The notes: a model not told the origin generated them from the sequence alone. A stretch of 64,000 nt of DNA from Wickerhamiella versatilis (GCA_030867685.1 JAQOWU010000007.1:1116001-1180000); one strand, 5' to 3'. Counted from the stretch's first letter, positions 10,432-21,928 are shown. Numbers and translations are program-made.

Positions 10432-11351
10432 TTCAAGTATAAATTGAGAGATTCAAGTCCAAAGGTATTGTGTGTCTTATAGCAGTAGAACCTAACCCAG
10501 TACAGAGCCAGGACGTTACTCAATTTGTGCGGATGAATTACCGTTACAGGAAATTCACTTTTCATATGTTTTTCATACTTACTTGAAGAGCCCTGTAAGA
10601 TGTACCTTTTCTGATAGCATGCTAAGCGCCTAGGTTAATGAAAGACCTTTTGAATATAGCCATCAATGTCACGAAATGTATCAAAATAAGCAGATTTCTA
10701 TTCCCCGGGGATTTCTTTCACTTCCACGTAGAACAGAAATAGGATTGGGCGTACTCTAAGCGAGAGCTGCTTCCGGAAAGTGAAGGGACATATCTAAAAT
10801 TCGCTGGCATTAATATATAGCGAGGCATATAGCAAGATATAATGAATGAAGTTTACATGAGTCGACAGTTTCACTACTTTAACTTTAAAACATCTCTTCA
10901 TTGCTGGCCAACTGTGTGAATATAAATTAACGTGTATATGGAGCGCGATTAAGTACCTACTGGGATTCGATGGAGATAAACCATCACATGGTAAAGAAAT
11001 TTCATTTGAAATGTATATCCTGTAACATTGAGATGAAATGATTCATTGCGACAGGTACAACATGCTTTAATGGTGTATTATTACCTTTTAATACCCTTTA
11101 GATAAATTTCATAATTAATAATATAATATAACGGATGAATGAAATGCCAAACAATTCTCATATTGTTTCTAGGAAAAGTGGCGATCGTTACCGTGGATCA
11201 TTGCTGAAAGCGAAAATATAGTTGAATGAATTCCAGGAGTCTTAATCTTTAGATATATCTTATTATTTTGTACTTTCTTTTTTTATCGGAGAAGGCTATT
11301 ACAAGCAAGTTAAGCCACAGCGGAACTTTGCCTATTCAAAGCCGAATAATT

Positions 11352-11729
11352 TCATCGTTCACGAATGATGTGATCACTTTTTTCAGCTGCTACTTTGACA
11401 GACCCTTCTTGCCGCCGCCATTCATGATATGCCTTACGTCTACCGATGTAGTCTTGAAAATGTGGCCTGTTATCTAGGTATCCGTAGGGATTATAACCTT
11501 CTAATTCATATTGCGCATGTTGTTCGGCAAGACCAGATGGTTTCAATCCTGAGATGCCCGAGTACGTGATGTCCAATACGGCTAAGAGCAGACCAATAAG
11601 TATTTCCAGCACTATGTCTTGTGGAACGCTGGGCGGATGAAGCCCACGAAGCTTATAATACTGCACGAATTCTTTTGTGGAATATCCACCGTGTAGGATG
11701 GCTAGTGTGCCGAGTAGTCCAAGGTACAT
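11352..11729 (-). CDS. EMC5: ER membrane protein complex subunit 5 (EMC5/MMgT family)
   Basis: Two TM segments, LHGGYS motif, VPQDIVLE motif, and LDNRPHFQD tail typical of Emc5. Confidence 0.8.
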   Translation of the reverse strand: MYLGLLGTLAILHGGYSTKEFVQYYKLRGLHPPSVPQDIVLEILIGLLLAVLDITYSGISGLKPSGLAEQHAQYELEGYNPYGYLDNRPHFQDYIGRRKAYHEWRRQEGSVKVAAEKSDHIIRER

Positions 11730-12690
11730 GCTTCCACAGCAGTTGCTGACAGCAAGCTTTTAATCGCGGATATCGTGACGGCAAGATATGAGTATGCCTC
11801 AGTCTGTATGGGTGCATCAACCCTTGCAACAATAACATTAAAGTAGCCACTACAGAGAATTATCATCACATTTATTCTCGATACCTTGATGCTTTTAGGA
11901 TGTACGGAATTTGATCATCCGATTCGAGTCTGGGTGATGTCAGAATGATGACGTTGAGGCGGTATTTCTGATTGAATTTATTTGAAGCAAATAGTCACTA
12001 TTATTAGAGCTATAAGACTTAAAATATTCAGAATTTCTACCGCTAAAGTCTAAATTAACGGAACTCTTAGGGGTATACGAAATCGGGAAACACCATATAA
12101 TGAGTAATCATGATATTTGTCTTCCTTATACCAGCAGCCTCGATTTTATTTTCTAATCCAATATAAGTTTAAATAATTTGTGGAGGATTTGAAACACCTG
12201 TTAATCTTTCGCGTATTTTTACCTCTTATCCTGGTCAACAAAAATTATGCTTGATTTTTTTGGTTCGTTCATATCTCACAATATAGTTACAGTGGTTAGG
12301 GTTGGGATAAAACAGTATCATGGGGGGCCACGCGGCCTTTTTTTTTGAATAACCTATTGTTGCTGATTTTATGTGAATAAAACGATCTCTTGAAATTTGA
12401 ACACAATTGTTGGCATTCGCAAAGAGATACTGTATTCATGTCAAGAGCTCGGTGGGTCACCCAATATAATTTAAGAGAAGCCCATTCAGTTCACGCTTCC
12501 TTAGAAGCAGGATAATTTGCATGAAATTGACTCCAGAATGTACTAGCAAACAGAGTAGCATATTTGATCATAGATTTTTTTTATTAGCCTTGCTTATAAC
12601 GACGAGCGGATGTTGGGCTAGGGCAGTGGCAGGGAAGGGGCTGCGTCATAAAGGCAAGTGTTTGCAATCCTTAAGTTATCCCTCACAAAC

Positions 12691-15600
12691 ATGCCACGTT
12701 TACTGCGTGAGACCAGTCACAGACGAAGATCGCCTAGGCAGCTGAGACGGCCACGTGTGGAGGATTTGACAAAAAAGGATGGACGTGATCGAAAATACGG
12801 GGCAAGAGCCGTGTCTGAATCCGAGTCCGAGTCAAGTTCTGATTCCGCAGAGGATTCTGATGACATTGAGGAGTCTGATGAGACCGAGGAATCCAGTAGT
12901 GAGGAAAGAAATTCTAGTTCAGAATCATTGTCATCGTCGCGCGGCCGTGGGCGGTCCAAAAAACCCAAGCCTGAATATCTTTTAAGCAATGTTAACAAAA
13001 AGCAGTGGAAGCATGAAGAGGCAGTTCAGCGATTTCGATATTTATTGGGTCTTAGTGATTTATTTCGCCATTTTGTGGATCTCCGGGCAAAGCGTAACCC
13101 TGCATTCCAGCAAATTCTGGACGAGGCAGATAGCGCTAATAAGCGTGGACGAGGTAGATCTGGACGGAGACGTCGAGGTAAAGACAATGCAGATGAAGAA
13201 CGAGAAATGATGGAGGATGGGCCTATTACAGTATTTAGCGAGAGCCCTAGCTTTGTGAACGGCACATTGAGGCTGTATCAAATCGATGGTTTGAACTGGC
13301 TAATTTCGCTTTATGAAAACTGCATCTCAGGTATTCTGGCCGACGAAATGGGTCTGGGAAAAACCCTGCAATGCATTTCTTTCTTGTCTTACCTCAGGTA
13401 CGTCCGCGGTGTTTCAGGCCCCCATCTCGTAGTTGTTCCGAAGTCGACATTGCAAAATTGGGCCCGGGAATTCGCAAAATGGGCACCTGAATTTAGCGCC
13501 CTTGTTCTCACAGGTGATAAGGATGAGCGTGCAGAGCTAATCGAGAGAAGACTCCTACCTTGTGATTTTGATGTAGTGATCACGAGCTTTGAGCTGGTAA
13601 TAAGAGAGAAAAATGCATTGCAGCGCTTTGCTTGGCATCACGTCATTGTGGATGAGGCTCATAGAATTAAAAATGAGGAGTCTATGCTGGCGAAAATAAT
13701 GAGAATACTTTTTAGTAGGTATCGTCTTCTGATTACCGGAACACCATTGCAAAACAATCTTCACGAACTATGGGCATTGCTCAATTTCTTATTGCCTGAT
13801 GTATTTGCTGATCATGAAGTTTTCGACGAATGGTTCCAGAACAGTGGAGGAAATGGGGATGAAGAGCGTGATCAAGACCGCGTCGTGGAACAATTGCGTA
13901 AATTACTGAGACCATTTCTATTGCGTCGTGTCAAATCGGAGGTTGAAAGATCTTTACTGCCAAAACGTGAGATCAATCTATATGTTGGCATGACGGATAT
14001 GCAGGTACGATGGTATCAACGACTGTTAGAAAAGGATTTGGATGCTGTAAATGGTGGTACGAGCGATCAAGGTAAAACGCGTCTGTTGAATGTTGTTATG
14101 CAACTTCGAAAGTGCTGCAATCATCCCTATCTATTTGAGGGAGCAGAACCGGGACCTCCTTTCACCACCGACGAGCACCTGGTTCAAAACAGTGGAAAGC
14201 TCATTCTTCTGGACAAACTTCTCAATAGACTTAAGGCTCAGGGCTCTCGAGTCTTAATATTCAGTCAAATGGGTCGTATGCTTGACATCCTTGAAGACTA
14301 TTGCGCATTGCGTGACTATGAGTACTGTAGGATTGACGGATCAACCGTTCATGAGGACCGTGTTGCTGCTATTGATGATTATAGTAGACCAGATTCGGAT
14401 AAATTCCTATTTCTGCTAACGACTCGAGCAGGTGGCCTTGGTATCAACCTTACTGCAGCTGATCAAGTCATTCTATATGATTCAGATTGGAATCCACAGG
14501 CCGATTTACAGGCAATGGATCGGGCACATCGTATTGGTCAAACTAAACAAGTGACAGTCTGGAGATTCGTAGCCGAGAACACGATTGAAGACAAGGTATT
14601 AGAGCGTGCCGCTCATAAATTGCGGCTTGATCAACTTGTAATTCAGCAGCAGGGTAAGTCCAGCGCACAAGAGAAAGCCAAAGCTGCAGCTTCCAAAGAA
14701 GAGCTAGTTAAAATGATACGACATGGCGCGCAGTCTATGTTTGATCAAACTAAGGGCACTTTGCTTGATGAATCAATCGAGGATATTATCCAACATGGGG
14801 AGCAGAGAACAAAGGAGCTCAACTCCAAATACTCTGAGATGGGATTGGATGAGCTTCAGAACTTTACGTTTGATGCACCAACTTCCGAAAGGATTGTCAA
14901 TACGCATAAGAAAGAAGAAGAGCCCGATATCATGCTATTGCACAGCCAACGTCGGGCTCGCCAGGCCCAGCAAGTTTTCAATGAGAGCGATTCGTCTGAT
15001 GACGAAGATAAACCATTAAAACCACCAAAGCAGGTGACTATACATGACTATCAGTTTTTCCCGCCAGAACTCCGCGACCTGCAGCATAAGGAGCTGATGT
15101 GGTATCGCAAGCAAGCTGGTTTACGCTTGTCCTCTGAAGATTATTCGGAGTCAGAGGATGATGATAGCGAACAGGTTAACAAGGAGATAGAAGCTGCTAC
15201 AGAATTTACTGAAGAAGATGCAAAGAAAAAAGCTGAATATATTGAGGAGGGATTTCCCTCATTCACGAAGCGTGATTTTCACCACTTTATCAATCTGTTG
15301 GTGAGATTTGGTAGAAACGACCCAGAGGCTATCACGACCACTGGATGGAGAGACTCACACAGCCCAAATGAAGTTCGCCGTTATTATGACGTATTCTTCC
15401 AGCGCTACCAAGAGCTAAATGATTCCGAGAGATATATGAATCAATTGGAGGCGGGAGAGGTCCGTGCGCGGAAACAGAACTACCAATTTGATCTGCTAAA
15501 GCGCAAGATAGAATCCTGTCGCGCTCCATTGTCTGATATGATCATTAATTACCCGGCATTTACGACGCGCAGATCGTATACTGAGCTCGAGGATCGATTT

Positions 15601-15855
15601 CTCATATTGACCATGTACGAACTAGGACTTGATACACCTCATCTTCACTCAAAGATAAGAGACCGTATCAGATCCTGTGGGATTTTTGATTATGACTTCT
15701 ATTTCCAGTCTCGCACACCGGTTGAAATTGGACGCCGATGCGGTACTTTACTACTTATTATTTCAAAAGAATATGGTCAGGGAGGAAGAAAGAGAAAGCA
15801 TGCTCATGATAGTGATGATGTTGAGGAAGACAGTAAACGGCCAGCTACTGCGTAA
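12691..15855 (+). CDS. ISWI-family chromatin remodelling ATPase (Isw1/Isw2)
   Basis: GILADEMGLGKTLQ, DEAHRIKN, QLRKCCNHPYLFEGAEPGPP, DLQAMDRAHRIGQ, C-terminal HAND/SANT/SLIDE-like region (YTELEDRFL, FQSRTPVEIGRRC). First ATG at 12691. Confidence 0.93.
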   Translation: MPRLLRETSHRRRSPRQLRRPRVEDLTKKDGRDRKYGARAVSESESESSSDSAEDSDDIEESDETEESSSEERNSSSESLSSSRGRGRSKKPKPEYLLSNVNKKQWKHEEAVQRFRYLLGLSDLFRHFVDLRAKRNPAFQQILDEADSANKRGRGRSGRRRRGKDNADEEREMMEDGPITVFSESPSFVNGTLRLYQIDGLNWLISLYENCISGILADEMGLGKTLQCISFLSYLRYVRGVSGPHLVVVPKSTLQNWAREFAKWAPEFSALVLTGDKDERAELIERRLLPCDFDVVITSFELVIREKNALQRFAWHHVIVDEAHRIKNEESMLAKIMRILFSRYRLLITGTPLQNNLHELWALLNFLLPDVFADHEVFDEWFQNSGGNGDEERDQDRVVEQLRKLLRPFLLRRVKSEVERSLLPKREINLYVGMTDMQVRWYQRLLEKDLDAVNGGTSDQGKTRLLNVVMQLRKCCNHPYLFEGAEPGPPFTTDEHLVQNSGKLILLDKLLNRLKAQGSRVLIFSQMGRMLDILEDYCALRDYEYCRIDGSTVHEDRVAAIDDYSRPDSDKFLFLLTTRAGGLGINLTAADQVILYDSDWNPQADLQAMDRAHRIGQTKQVTVWRFVAENTIEDKVLERAAHKLRLDQLVIQQQGKSSAQEKAKAAASKEELVKMIRHGAQSMFDQTKGTLLDESIEDIIQHGEQRTKELNSKYSEMGLDELQNFTFDAPTSERIVNTHKKEEEPDIMLLHSQRRARQAQQVFNESDSSDDEDKPLKPPKQVTIHDYQFFPPELRDLQHKELMWYRKQAGLRLSSEDYSESEDDDSEQVNKEIEAATEFTEEDAKKKAEYIEEGFPSFTKRDFHHFINLLVRFGRNDPEAITTTGWRDSHSPNEVRRYYDVFFQRYQELNDSERYMNQLEAGEVRARKQNYQFDLLKRKIESCRAPLSDMIINYPAFTTRRSYTELEDRFLILTMYELGLDTPHLHSKIRDRIRSCGIFDYDFYFQSRTPVEIGRRCGTLLLIISKEYGQGGRKRKHAHDSDDVEEDSKRPATA

Positions 15856-15923
15856 ATAGATGTCTTACTAGTTACAAGTGTCTGCATGATAGACGTCTTA
15901 TTATATAATATACCCAGACACTG

Positions 15924-16751
15924 ATGTGGAGGTTTGCGTTGAGAGGTTTCGCAACTGGTAGAGCTAGTCATAGTGCCAGATCGCAAATTTTGTTAAAAAG
16001 AGCTCTAGTAGGATGCGGAATCGGTGCAGTGACAGGGTTTTCTTGGCAGTATTGGATTAATACTTATGGCTCTAATCGGAAGATAGTAACAGAATCACCC
16101 CAAAGCCGGCTGAAGCCCCCGACCAATGTATCTGAATACCCCGCAGAATTGAAGTTAGACTCGGGTGATTTTGTGTGCTTAGGTACAGGTGTCAGAAAGG
16201 TTACGTTTCTCAGCTTTCACGTGTACGCCATTGGTATCTATATTGGGAAAGAAGATATACCTGTAATGCAAAAGATTTTAGCTTCGCAGCAAGATCCGCA
16301 TGCATTGCTTTACGATTCTACAGAAAAAGGCGCAGAACTCATGGATGAGCTGCTGCGGAAATGCCGGTTTGCTCTTCTTATAACACCTACTCGCAAGGTG
16401 GATCTTGGGCATCTGCGAGATGGATTTGTGCGCACCGTAACACAGCATCCATTGTTCCGTGAGTTAAGCAAAAATGAGTCGGTCAATGAAGGTCTAGGTC
16501 AACTGCGCCATGCCTTCTCTCGAAAACTATGGGTCAACTCCGATAGTCAGTTTTTCTTTGACAGAGATACTACAGGAGACATGAAAATCACTTTCCGCAA
16601 AGATAGTGCAAGCGATATTGCACCGTTGGGTGAAGTGACCGACCTTCAAGTGACTCGATTGTTCTTGTTGCGATATCTCAGTGGAAAAAAGCCTAATAGC
16701 CCTACAGCATTGGAAAGTGCTAGATCAGGCATTCTTTCGCTGATAGAATAG
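15924..16751 (+). CDS. Mitochondrial chalcone-isomerase-fold protein (Aim18/Aim46 family)
   Basis: Arg-rich presequence, TM helix, LGTGVRKVTFLSFHVYAIGIY and DLGHLRDGFVR motifs. Confidence 0.82.
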   Translation: MWRFALRGFATGRASHSARSQILLKRALVGCGIGAVTGFSWQYWINTYGSNRKIVTESPQSRLKPPTNVSEYPAELKLDSGDFVCLGTGVRKVTFLSFHVYAIGIYIGKEDIPVMQKILASQQDPHALLYDSTEKGAELMDELLRKCRFALLITPTRKVDLGHLRDGFVRTVTQHPLFRELSKNESVNEGLGQLRHAFSRKLWVNSDSQFFFDRDTTGDMKITFRKDSASDIAPLGEVTDLQVTRLFLLRYLSGKKPNSPTALESARSGILSLIE

Positions 16752-16871
16752 ATAAAAACCCATGTATATAGAAATTTAGTGTCGTACATAACTCATTCGC
16801 AATTAATGATTTTATTTTCTCATAATATTAGTGAGTTAGATATTCAAAACGACTCCATGCTCATTATCACT

Positions 16872-19037
16872 TTAGATATCGTTAATACCGCTACTCACAG
16901 CATCATAGGTCTGAAGACTGAGAGTTGCTGCTCGTTGAGCCCTAGTGATTGCATTTCGTTTTGACGTGCCGTCGTCACGGAGCCAATTGGATGTCTGGGC
17001 GAGCTGCGCACATATCATCCCACAGAATGTATCACCAGCACCATTCACACTCTTCACTTGATCATTAGAAATATCTTCAGACTTAAAGTGTTGAATTAGG
17101 AGACCAAACTGACGATTCTTCGCTATAATATACACCGAAGGAACGCCATCTCGATTTCCTCCTGTTCTGTCTTTCAAGCCCTCAATCAGTTGAAAACTGA
17201 TAACTCCTTTGGACCCCATAGTGACAAACAAGTTTGGTATATAGGGAAGAAGATGAATAGCCGCCTGAACAAGCCCACTTTGAATGATATTCTCAAGTCC
17301 TGGACAACGGTTAACAAAAAGATCCAATTTCATTTCTGCTACTGCATCCATTGGCAGTGCGTCAACGATTGGGAACCAATTCTGAACGTCAAACTTTTCC
17401 AAAAAACTGAACTCTTCAAACATGCTCATAAGCTCCAAGCTGTTGGGGAATGCAATGTCAACGGATGGCGATGGCCATACCTTCAAAGATTGATGTGCCA
17501 GGCGAGCGGCTTTAACTACACTAGTAGGCTCGAACAACTTGAGCCCAGAACTTTTGAAATCCAAGATTGCCTGTGTCTGTTTTTTACCTATATTGCCATC
17601 AAAGACTATGATACCATCGCCACCCAAACTGAGCTGTGTACTTAGATGCTTCAGGTCAAGTTGAGATGAAATAGTTTCCATATCCGCACATGCAACGATC
17701 AACTCACCTTTACTATCATTCATGGAGATATAACGTGCTGTACGACTCTCAGTAACTAATACACCGCTAGCATCAATAGCTGGACTGAGACTGCGAGAAA
17801 TTTCTCCGGATTCTTTTTCTCCAATGACAGACACTAGGCGAGTATGGACCCCACCGTATGCCGAAGAGAGAGCAACATTGTGAGCTGCACCTCCTAAAGT
17901 TGTCGAAATCTTGCCTGGATATGAGGAAACAGATATATTCTCTGCCTCTAGTGTACATGTCATGTCTTGAGCCAGAGCACCCACCGCTAAAACTTTCGGA
18001 GCCTCAGAAGATCTCTGCAGAGTTCTCACAGGAGGTTTGGCGCGTGGTTCTAGCCGTGTTGGAATTTGAATGGAAATCGAACCTTCAAGAGCAGCTAAAG
18101 ACCTTGCAATCTGTGCCGCTACCCTCGCATTGTTCTTAACGAATTCAATATTAGTGCTCACCGAATTTCCTCCAGTTGCCTGCCATATTTTTTCTAGTAG
18201 ATATGGTGTAGTAGCCTTCCCAGTAATTCCTTCTAGAGCGGCTTGTTCAAGAGCAGACTCAATAGCCCTATCAACCAGAGGGGCTGGCATCGAAAGGTGG
18301 GATGGACAAGGAACGCAAAACACGTATCCATTTTGCATTCCAAAATCAAGACCCGCTTTTATCACGCTTGCAGCATCCTCAGGACTGTCAAATACGTAAG
18401 GAGATGATACTCCCGAGTCTCTGGTAAAAAATCCAGGCACTGACTTCTGACCATAAGTCGAAACAGGAACGCCTTTGGTCTCTAGATATTCGAGAGTCTT
18501 TGGAACATCTAGAATTGATTTAGGGCCAGAGCAAACCACGGCGATCGGTGTTTTGCTGAGCTCTTCAAGATCAGCACTAATATCCCAAGTTTCTGCCACT
18601 CCACGATGTACACCTCCAAGTCCGCCAGTGGCAAAAACCTTAATCCCAGCCTTTTTCGCAAGTATCATTGTGGCGGCAACAGTAGTACCTCCATTGAAAG
18701 CATGAGCAAATGCCGACGGAATATCGCGACGCGAGATTTTGTGAGTTCCACGAGAACTGGCCAATCTTTCCAGTTCCTTCTCATTGAGACCTACTCTAGC
18801 CTGACCAGCAAGAAAGGCTGTTGTCGCAGGGACGCAGCCCTCGGCACGAATCATCTTCTCCACCGCTCGGCCCATCTCCAGGTTCTTAGGGAACGGCAGA
18901 CCATGTGTCAATATAGTGCTTTCTAGCGCAACTACAGGTGATCCGGATGCTAGTGCAGATGCAACTTCGTGACTTGGCTGCACATGTAGCCTACGCACCA
19001 ATTGGAAGCCGAGCCTGAACAGGCCGCTTCGACTCAT
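16872..19037 (-). CDS. Bifunctional pseudouridine-5'-phosphate glycosidase (PsuG/IndA) + PfkB-family pseudouridine kinase
   Basis: PVVALESTILTHGLPFP, GTTVAATM, FATGGLGGVHRG, DISADLEEL, KSILDVPKTLEYLET (PsuG); C-terminal GGAAHNVA and SVNGAGDTF (PfkB). Confidence 0.92.
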   Translation of the reverse strand: MSRSGLFRLGFQLVRRLHVQPSHEVASALASGSPVVALESTILTHGLPFPKNLEMGRAVEKMIRAEGCVPATTAFLAGQARVGLNEKELERLASSRGTHKISRRDIPSAFAHAFNGGTTVAATMILAKKAGIKVFATGGLGGVHRGVAETWDISADLEELSKTPIAVVCSGPKSILDVPKTLEYLETKGVPVSTYGQKSVPGFFTRDSGVSSPYVFDSPEDAASVIKAGLDFGMQNGYVFCVPCPSHLSMPAPLVDRAIESALEQAALEGITGKATTPYLLEKIWQATGGNSVSTNIEFVKNNARVAAQIARSLAALEGSISIQIPTRLEPRAKPPVRTLQRSSEAPKVLAVGALAQDMTCTLEAENISVSSYPGKISTTLGGAAHNVALSSAYGGVHTRLVSVIGEKESGEISRSLSPAIDASGVLVTESRTARYISMNDSKGELIVACADMETISSQLDLKHLSTQLSLGGDGIIVFDGNIGKKQTQAILDFKSSGLKLFEPTSVVKAARLAHQSLKVWPSPSVDIAFPNSLELMSMFEEFSFLEKFDVQNWFPIVDALPMDAVAEMKLDLFVNRCPGLENIIQSGLVQAAIHLLPYIPNLFVTMGSKGVISFQLIEGLKDRTGGNRDGVPSVYIIAKNRQFGLLIQHFKSEDISNDQVKSVNGAGDTFCGMICAQLAQTSNWLRDDGTSKRNAITRAQRAATLSLQTYDAVSSGINDI

Positions 19038-19281
19038 TACTTATTCAAGTTGGGAGGGATCAACTTACCTATCGGAGATAGACTTATACACCGGTTTCCC
19101 CCCAGTCACTGCACAAACAAATTGTATTATAGGGATATATGAACGATATGCAGCCAAATTCAATTGGACTATTTTGCTTTAGGGACTATGTAACATAATC
19201 CTGGATTGGCGCGTGGATACCGTGAGTACTACTACCTTATTTTCACTAGCTCAAAACTATTTACACAAGCTTGATCTACTT

Positions 19282-20907
19282 TTAGCTATGTCTCTCGGAA
19301 TATCCATCGGTTTCCTTCGATTTTTCACCGAGTGCTGGCGAGGTAACAATGCCCATCTCTAATGGATCGATTCCCTCTACTTCATCCTCCACCGTATGCT
19401 TAGGCCCAGTGTACCATTTTCGAGCATCGACAAAGTAATAGATAAGGGCACCAAACCACACAACGCCATTGATAAGCGGCGTGTAATTGGCCGTTTCAGC
19501 ACTAACAGGCATACTTGTTGGAACCATAGTGAGTGCGAATGCGACAAAGCATAACCACAATGTAGCTAAAACCCCATTAGCACGAGATAAAGCATCTCCA
19601 AGATAAAATGGTCCAGGAACAAATCCATCTCGTTTTCCAAAAGCCAAAGCGGCGATTGGTATGACCCATGCCACTGAATTTGAGGACGCAGCTAGGGAAA
19701 ATACGGCCTGTCCAGCTGCTTCATCGATCATTACCAGACAAGTTATAGCGGATGCAACGAGAGCGGAAAAAAGAATAGCATATCGAGGAATACCAGTGGG
19801 CTTGTGAACTCGTCGAACAAAACGTGAAAACGGTAATGCGCCATCCCTAGCAAAAGCCCAAGTTTGACGTGACGTTGCTACCATGATAGACACCAGCATC
19901 AATAATTGTGCCACAGACATTAAAACTACGATAGCAATAGTCCATTTCTTTCCAAGGGCATTATAGATAATTTGGGCCATTGGCTGGCCTATTGGTGAAT
20001 CCAAAATGGAAGTGAAGTCATCAGGCATTGTTGCGGCTAAGCAACATAGCACAGCGAAGCCCAAGACCCAGCATGCACCTATAGATGTGATAATCCCGAA
20101 CGGTACAGCAACCTGGGCGTTATGTGCGCTATCGCCGCCAACATGAATGCTAGAGTCAAAAGCTCCGATTGTCCATACTGCACTTTGAAAGCACAGTAGA
20201 AAAGACCATCCATCTTGCCAACCAGATATATTTGCTTTGCTCGTGAAGATAAATTTACCATCACGGAGAATTCCTTTATTCGAACCGCCAATAGGAACCG
20301 CAATGCAAACAAGGAAAACAAGCATCACGTTTAGGAAGATTGCAAAAGTCTGTAAATGTGCCATAATATCATCAGTTAGTAGACATAACACACTAACTAT
20401 TAAAATGAATGCAACAAAGACTCCATATTCTTCAAACTTTGTAGGCAAGAAGCTTGGTTCATCTTGATCATTCATTGTAGCCACGGCCGGGATACTCAAC
20501 ACTAAACCGGCTAAACCATATCCAATAGAGCAGATTCCACCAATAAGACCCAGAGTATTCGCATATCCACATAGAAAACTGATAGGCCGGCGTATCTTTG
20601 GACTTGTATAACGAAATGCTGTAAAGTAAAGCCCGCCACTTGTGGGTTCTGCAGAACCAAACTCAGACATCGCCATACCAACCGACATAATAAATATACA
20701 AGGGACGAACCACCCCCATACCATGCCAATGCCACCGAAATTTAATGAATAAGACATCACACTGGCAATGGAAGGCACAAGAGACATGATACTGAAAGCC
20801 ACGCCAAAAACCTGGAAAGGCGAGAATGACCTCTTGAGTTCAGGCTTATAGCCCAACTTCATTAGAAGAGCATCGTCCTTGGCTACCTGATCAGACTGAT
20901 TTCCCAT
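19282..20907 (-). CDS. APC-superfamily amino acid/GABA/polyamine permease (Uga4/Gpt1-like)
   Basis: LGYKPELKRSFS, PTSGGLY, WTIGAFDSSIH, SRQTWAFARDGALPFS, PGPFYLG, ARKWYTGP; about 12 hydrophobic segments. Confidence 0.88.
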   Translation of the reverse strand: MGNQSDQVAKDDALLMKLGYKPELKRSFSPFQVFGVAFSIMSLVPSIASVMSYSLNFGGIGMVWGWFVPCIFIMSVGMAMSEFGSAEPTSGGLYFTAFRYTSPKIRRPISFLCGYANTLGLIGGICSIGYGLAGLVLSIPAVATMNDQDEPSFLPTKFEEYGVFVAFILIVSVLCLLTDDIMAHLQTFAIFLNVMLVFLVCIAVPIGGSNKGILRDGKFIFTSKANISGWQDGWSFLLCFQSAVWTIGAFDSSIHVGGDSAHNAQVAVPFGIITSIGACWVLGFAVLCCLAATMPDDFTSILDSPIGQPMAQIIYNALGKKWTIAIVVLMSVAQLLMLVSIMVATSRQTWAFARDGALPFSRFVRRVHKPTGIPRYAILFSALVASAITCLVMIDEAAGQAVFSLAASSNSVAWVIPIAALAFGKRDGFVPGPFYLGDALSRANGVLATLWLCFVAFALTMVPTSMPVSAETANYTPLINGVVWFGALIYYFVDARKWYTGPKHTVEDEVEGIDPLEMGIVTSPALGEKSKETDGYSERHS

Positions 20908-20912
20908 GACGA

Positions 20913-21056
20913 CGCTTCAAAACCTAAATCAGCAGTTGTGAATTATATATGATACAGATAACCCTAATATCTAGAAATTATAGCGGCGCTTTCAAATCGA
21001 AATCAGCAGTCGTGAATTCTTCAAGATATAGATAACCCTAACATCTCGGATTTTAT
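20913..21056. repeat. Diverged 74-bp direct tandem duplication immediately upstream of the permease ATG
   Basis: Copy 1 CGCTTCAAAACCTAAATCAGCAGTTGTGAATTATATATGATACAGATAACCCTAATATCTAG; copy 2 CGCTTTCAAATCGAAATCAGCAGTCGTGAATTCTTCAAGATATAGATAACCCTAACATCTCG; AAATCAGCAGT at 20926 and 21000. Confidence 0.9.
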
Positions 21057-21205
21057 GCAGACCTATCTACTTGCCGTGCAAATTTCAACGCTGTTAGTGT
21101 GCCGTGGTAATCAAGCTAAGAACATTTCGGAAATTTATATGATAAGTGTTACTATCTGCATTCTTCTCCTTAGAAAGAATTTTTTCGCCGTCAAAGCTAT
21201 ATCTA

Positions 21206-21241
21206 CTAAAGGACTATCTAAAGAACTATCTAAAGTACTAA
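21206..21241. repeat. Three-copy 12-bp tandem repeat CTAAAGnACTA(T/A)
   Basis: CTAAAGGACTAT CTAAAGAACTAT CTAAAGTACTAA read directly. Confidence 0.85.
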
Positions 21242-21928
21242 GCCACTATTACATAATATCAGGTTAGATTAACCAGAAACATGCATAAACGGATATCTTA
21301 ATTCTTTTTTGGTTGTCTTGTCACGAATGTAGTATGACGGTAAAAGTAAAAGGTCCTCGACTCTTGATATAGTGAGGTTGTTTACTCAGAACATTCAGCT
21401 TGCTTTCCCTCAAGGACATACTCCTTGCTACTTTGCAGTGTGTTTTATAACCGAGTACATTGGCATGCCATTTAAAGCGCATGGTGCCTCACGCGGCGTA
21501 ATAAATTATATTCTTCATCTATTGCTAAGGGTTCAAGTGCATATGCAACTTTTACCGAAAGAGCTGTTTAGGTAATGATATCGTAATGACTACTAGGCTA
21601 TCCTCGGTCAATGCGCTGGAGTACATGCTAACTGGTATTTACATCATGAAGTGACGTATAACAGTTGATTTTCACGCATAGTATTGGTGAATCAAAAAAT
21701 AGACAGAAAAAACCCGACAATACCTAATCAGAGGGTCCAATTTGAGGAATCTAGGGAACAAGAGCATTTGGAATATATCCTATACATTACTGCATTTTTA
21801 AAATCTTATGAAGTGATCTATCCAGTCCAAAGACCACACAGTTGGCTCTATTTCCATTAAGATACCGACCGCTGCCGTGAATGATCATATAACGTAATCA
21901 CTCTCACCTTAGAGACGGCTTGGAAGCG

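Noticed and set aside
11905-11975. TTCGAGT T-loop-like motif and ATGATGA...CTGA C/D-like boxes
   Set aside because: No cloverleaf can be built, C-to-D spacing is too short, and there is no convincing rRNA guide.
21666-21710. Hairpin TTGATTTTCAC...GTGAATCAA followed by ACA
   Set aside because: Single AT-rich hairpin with no partner hairpin or H box.
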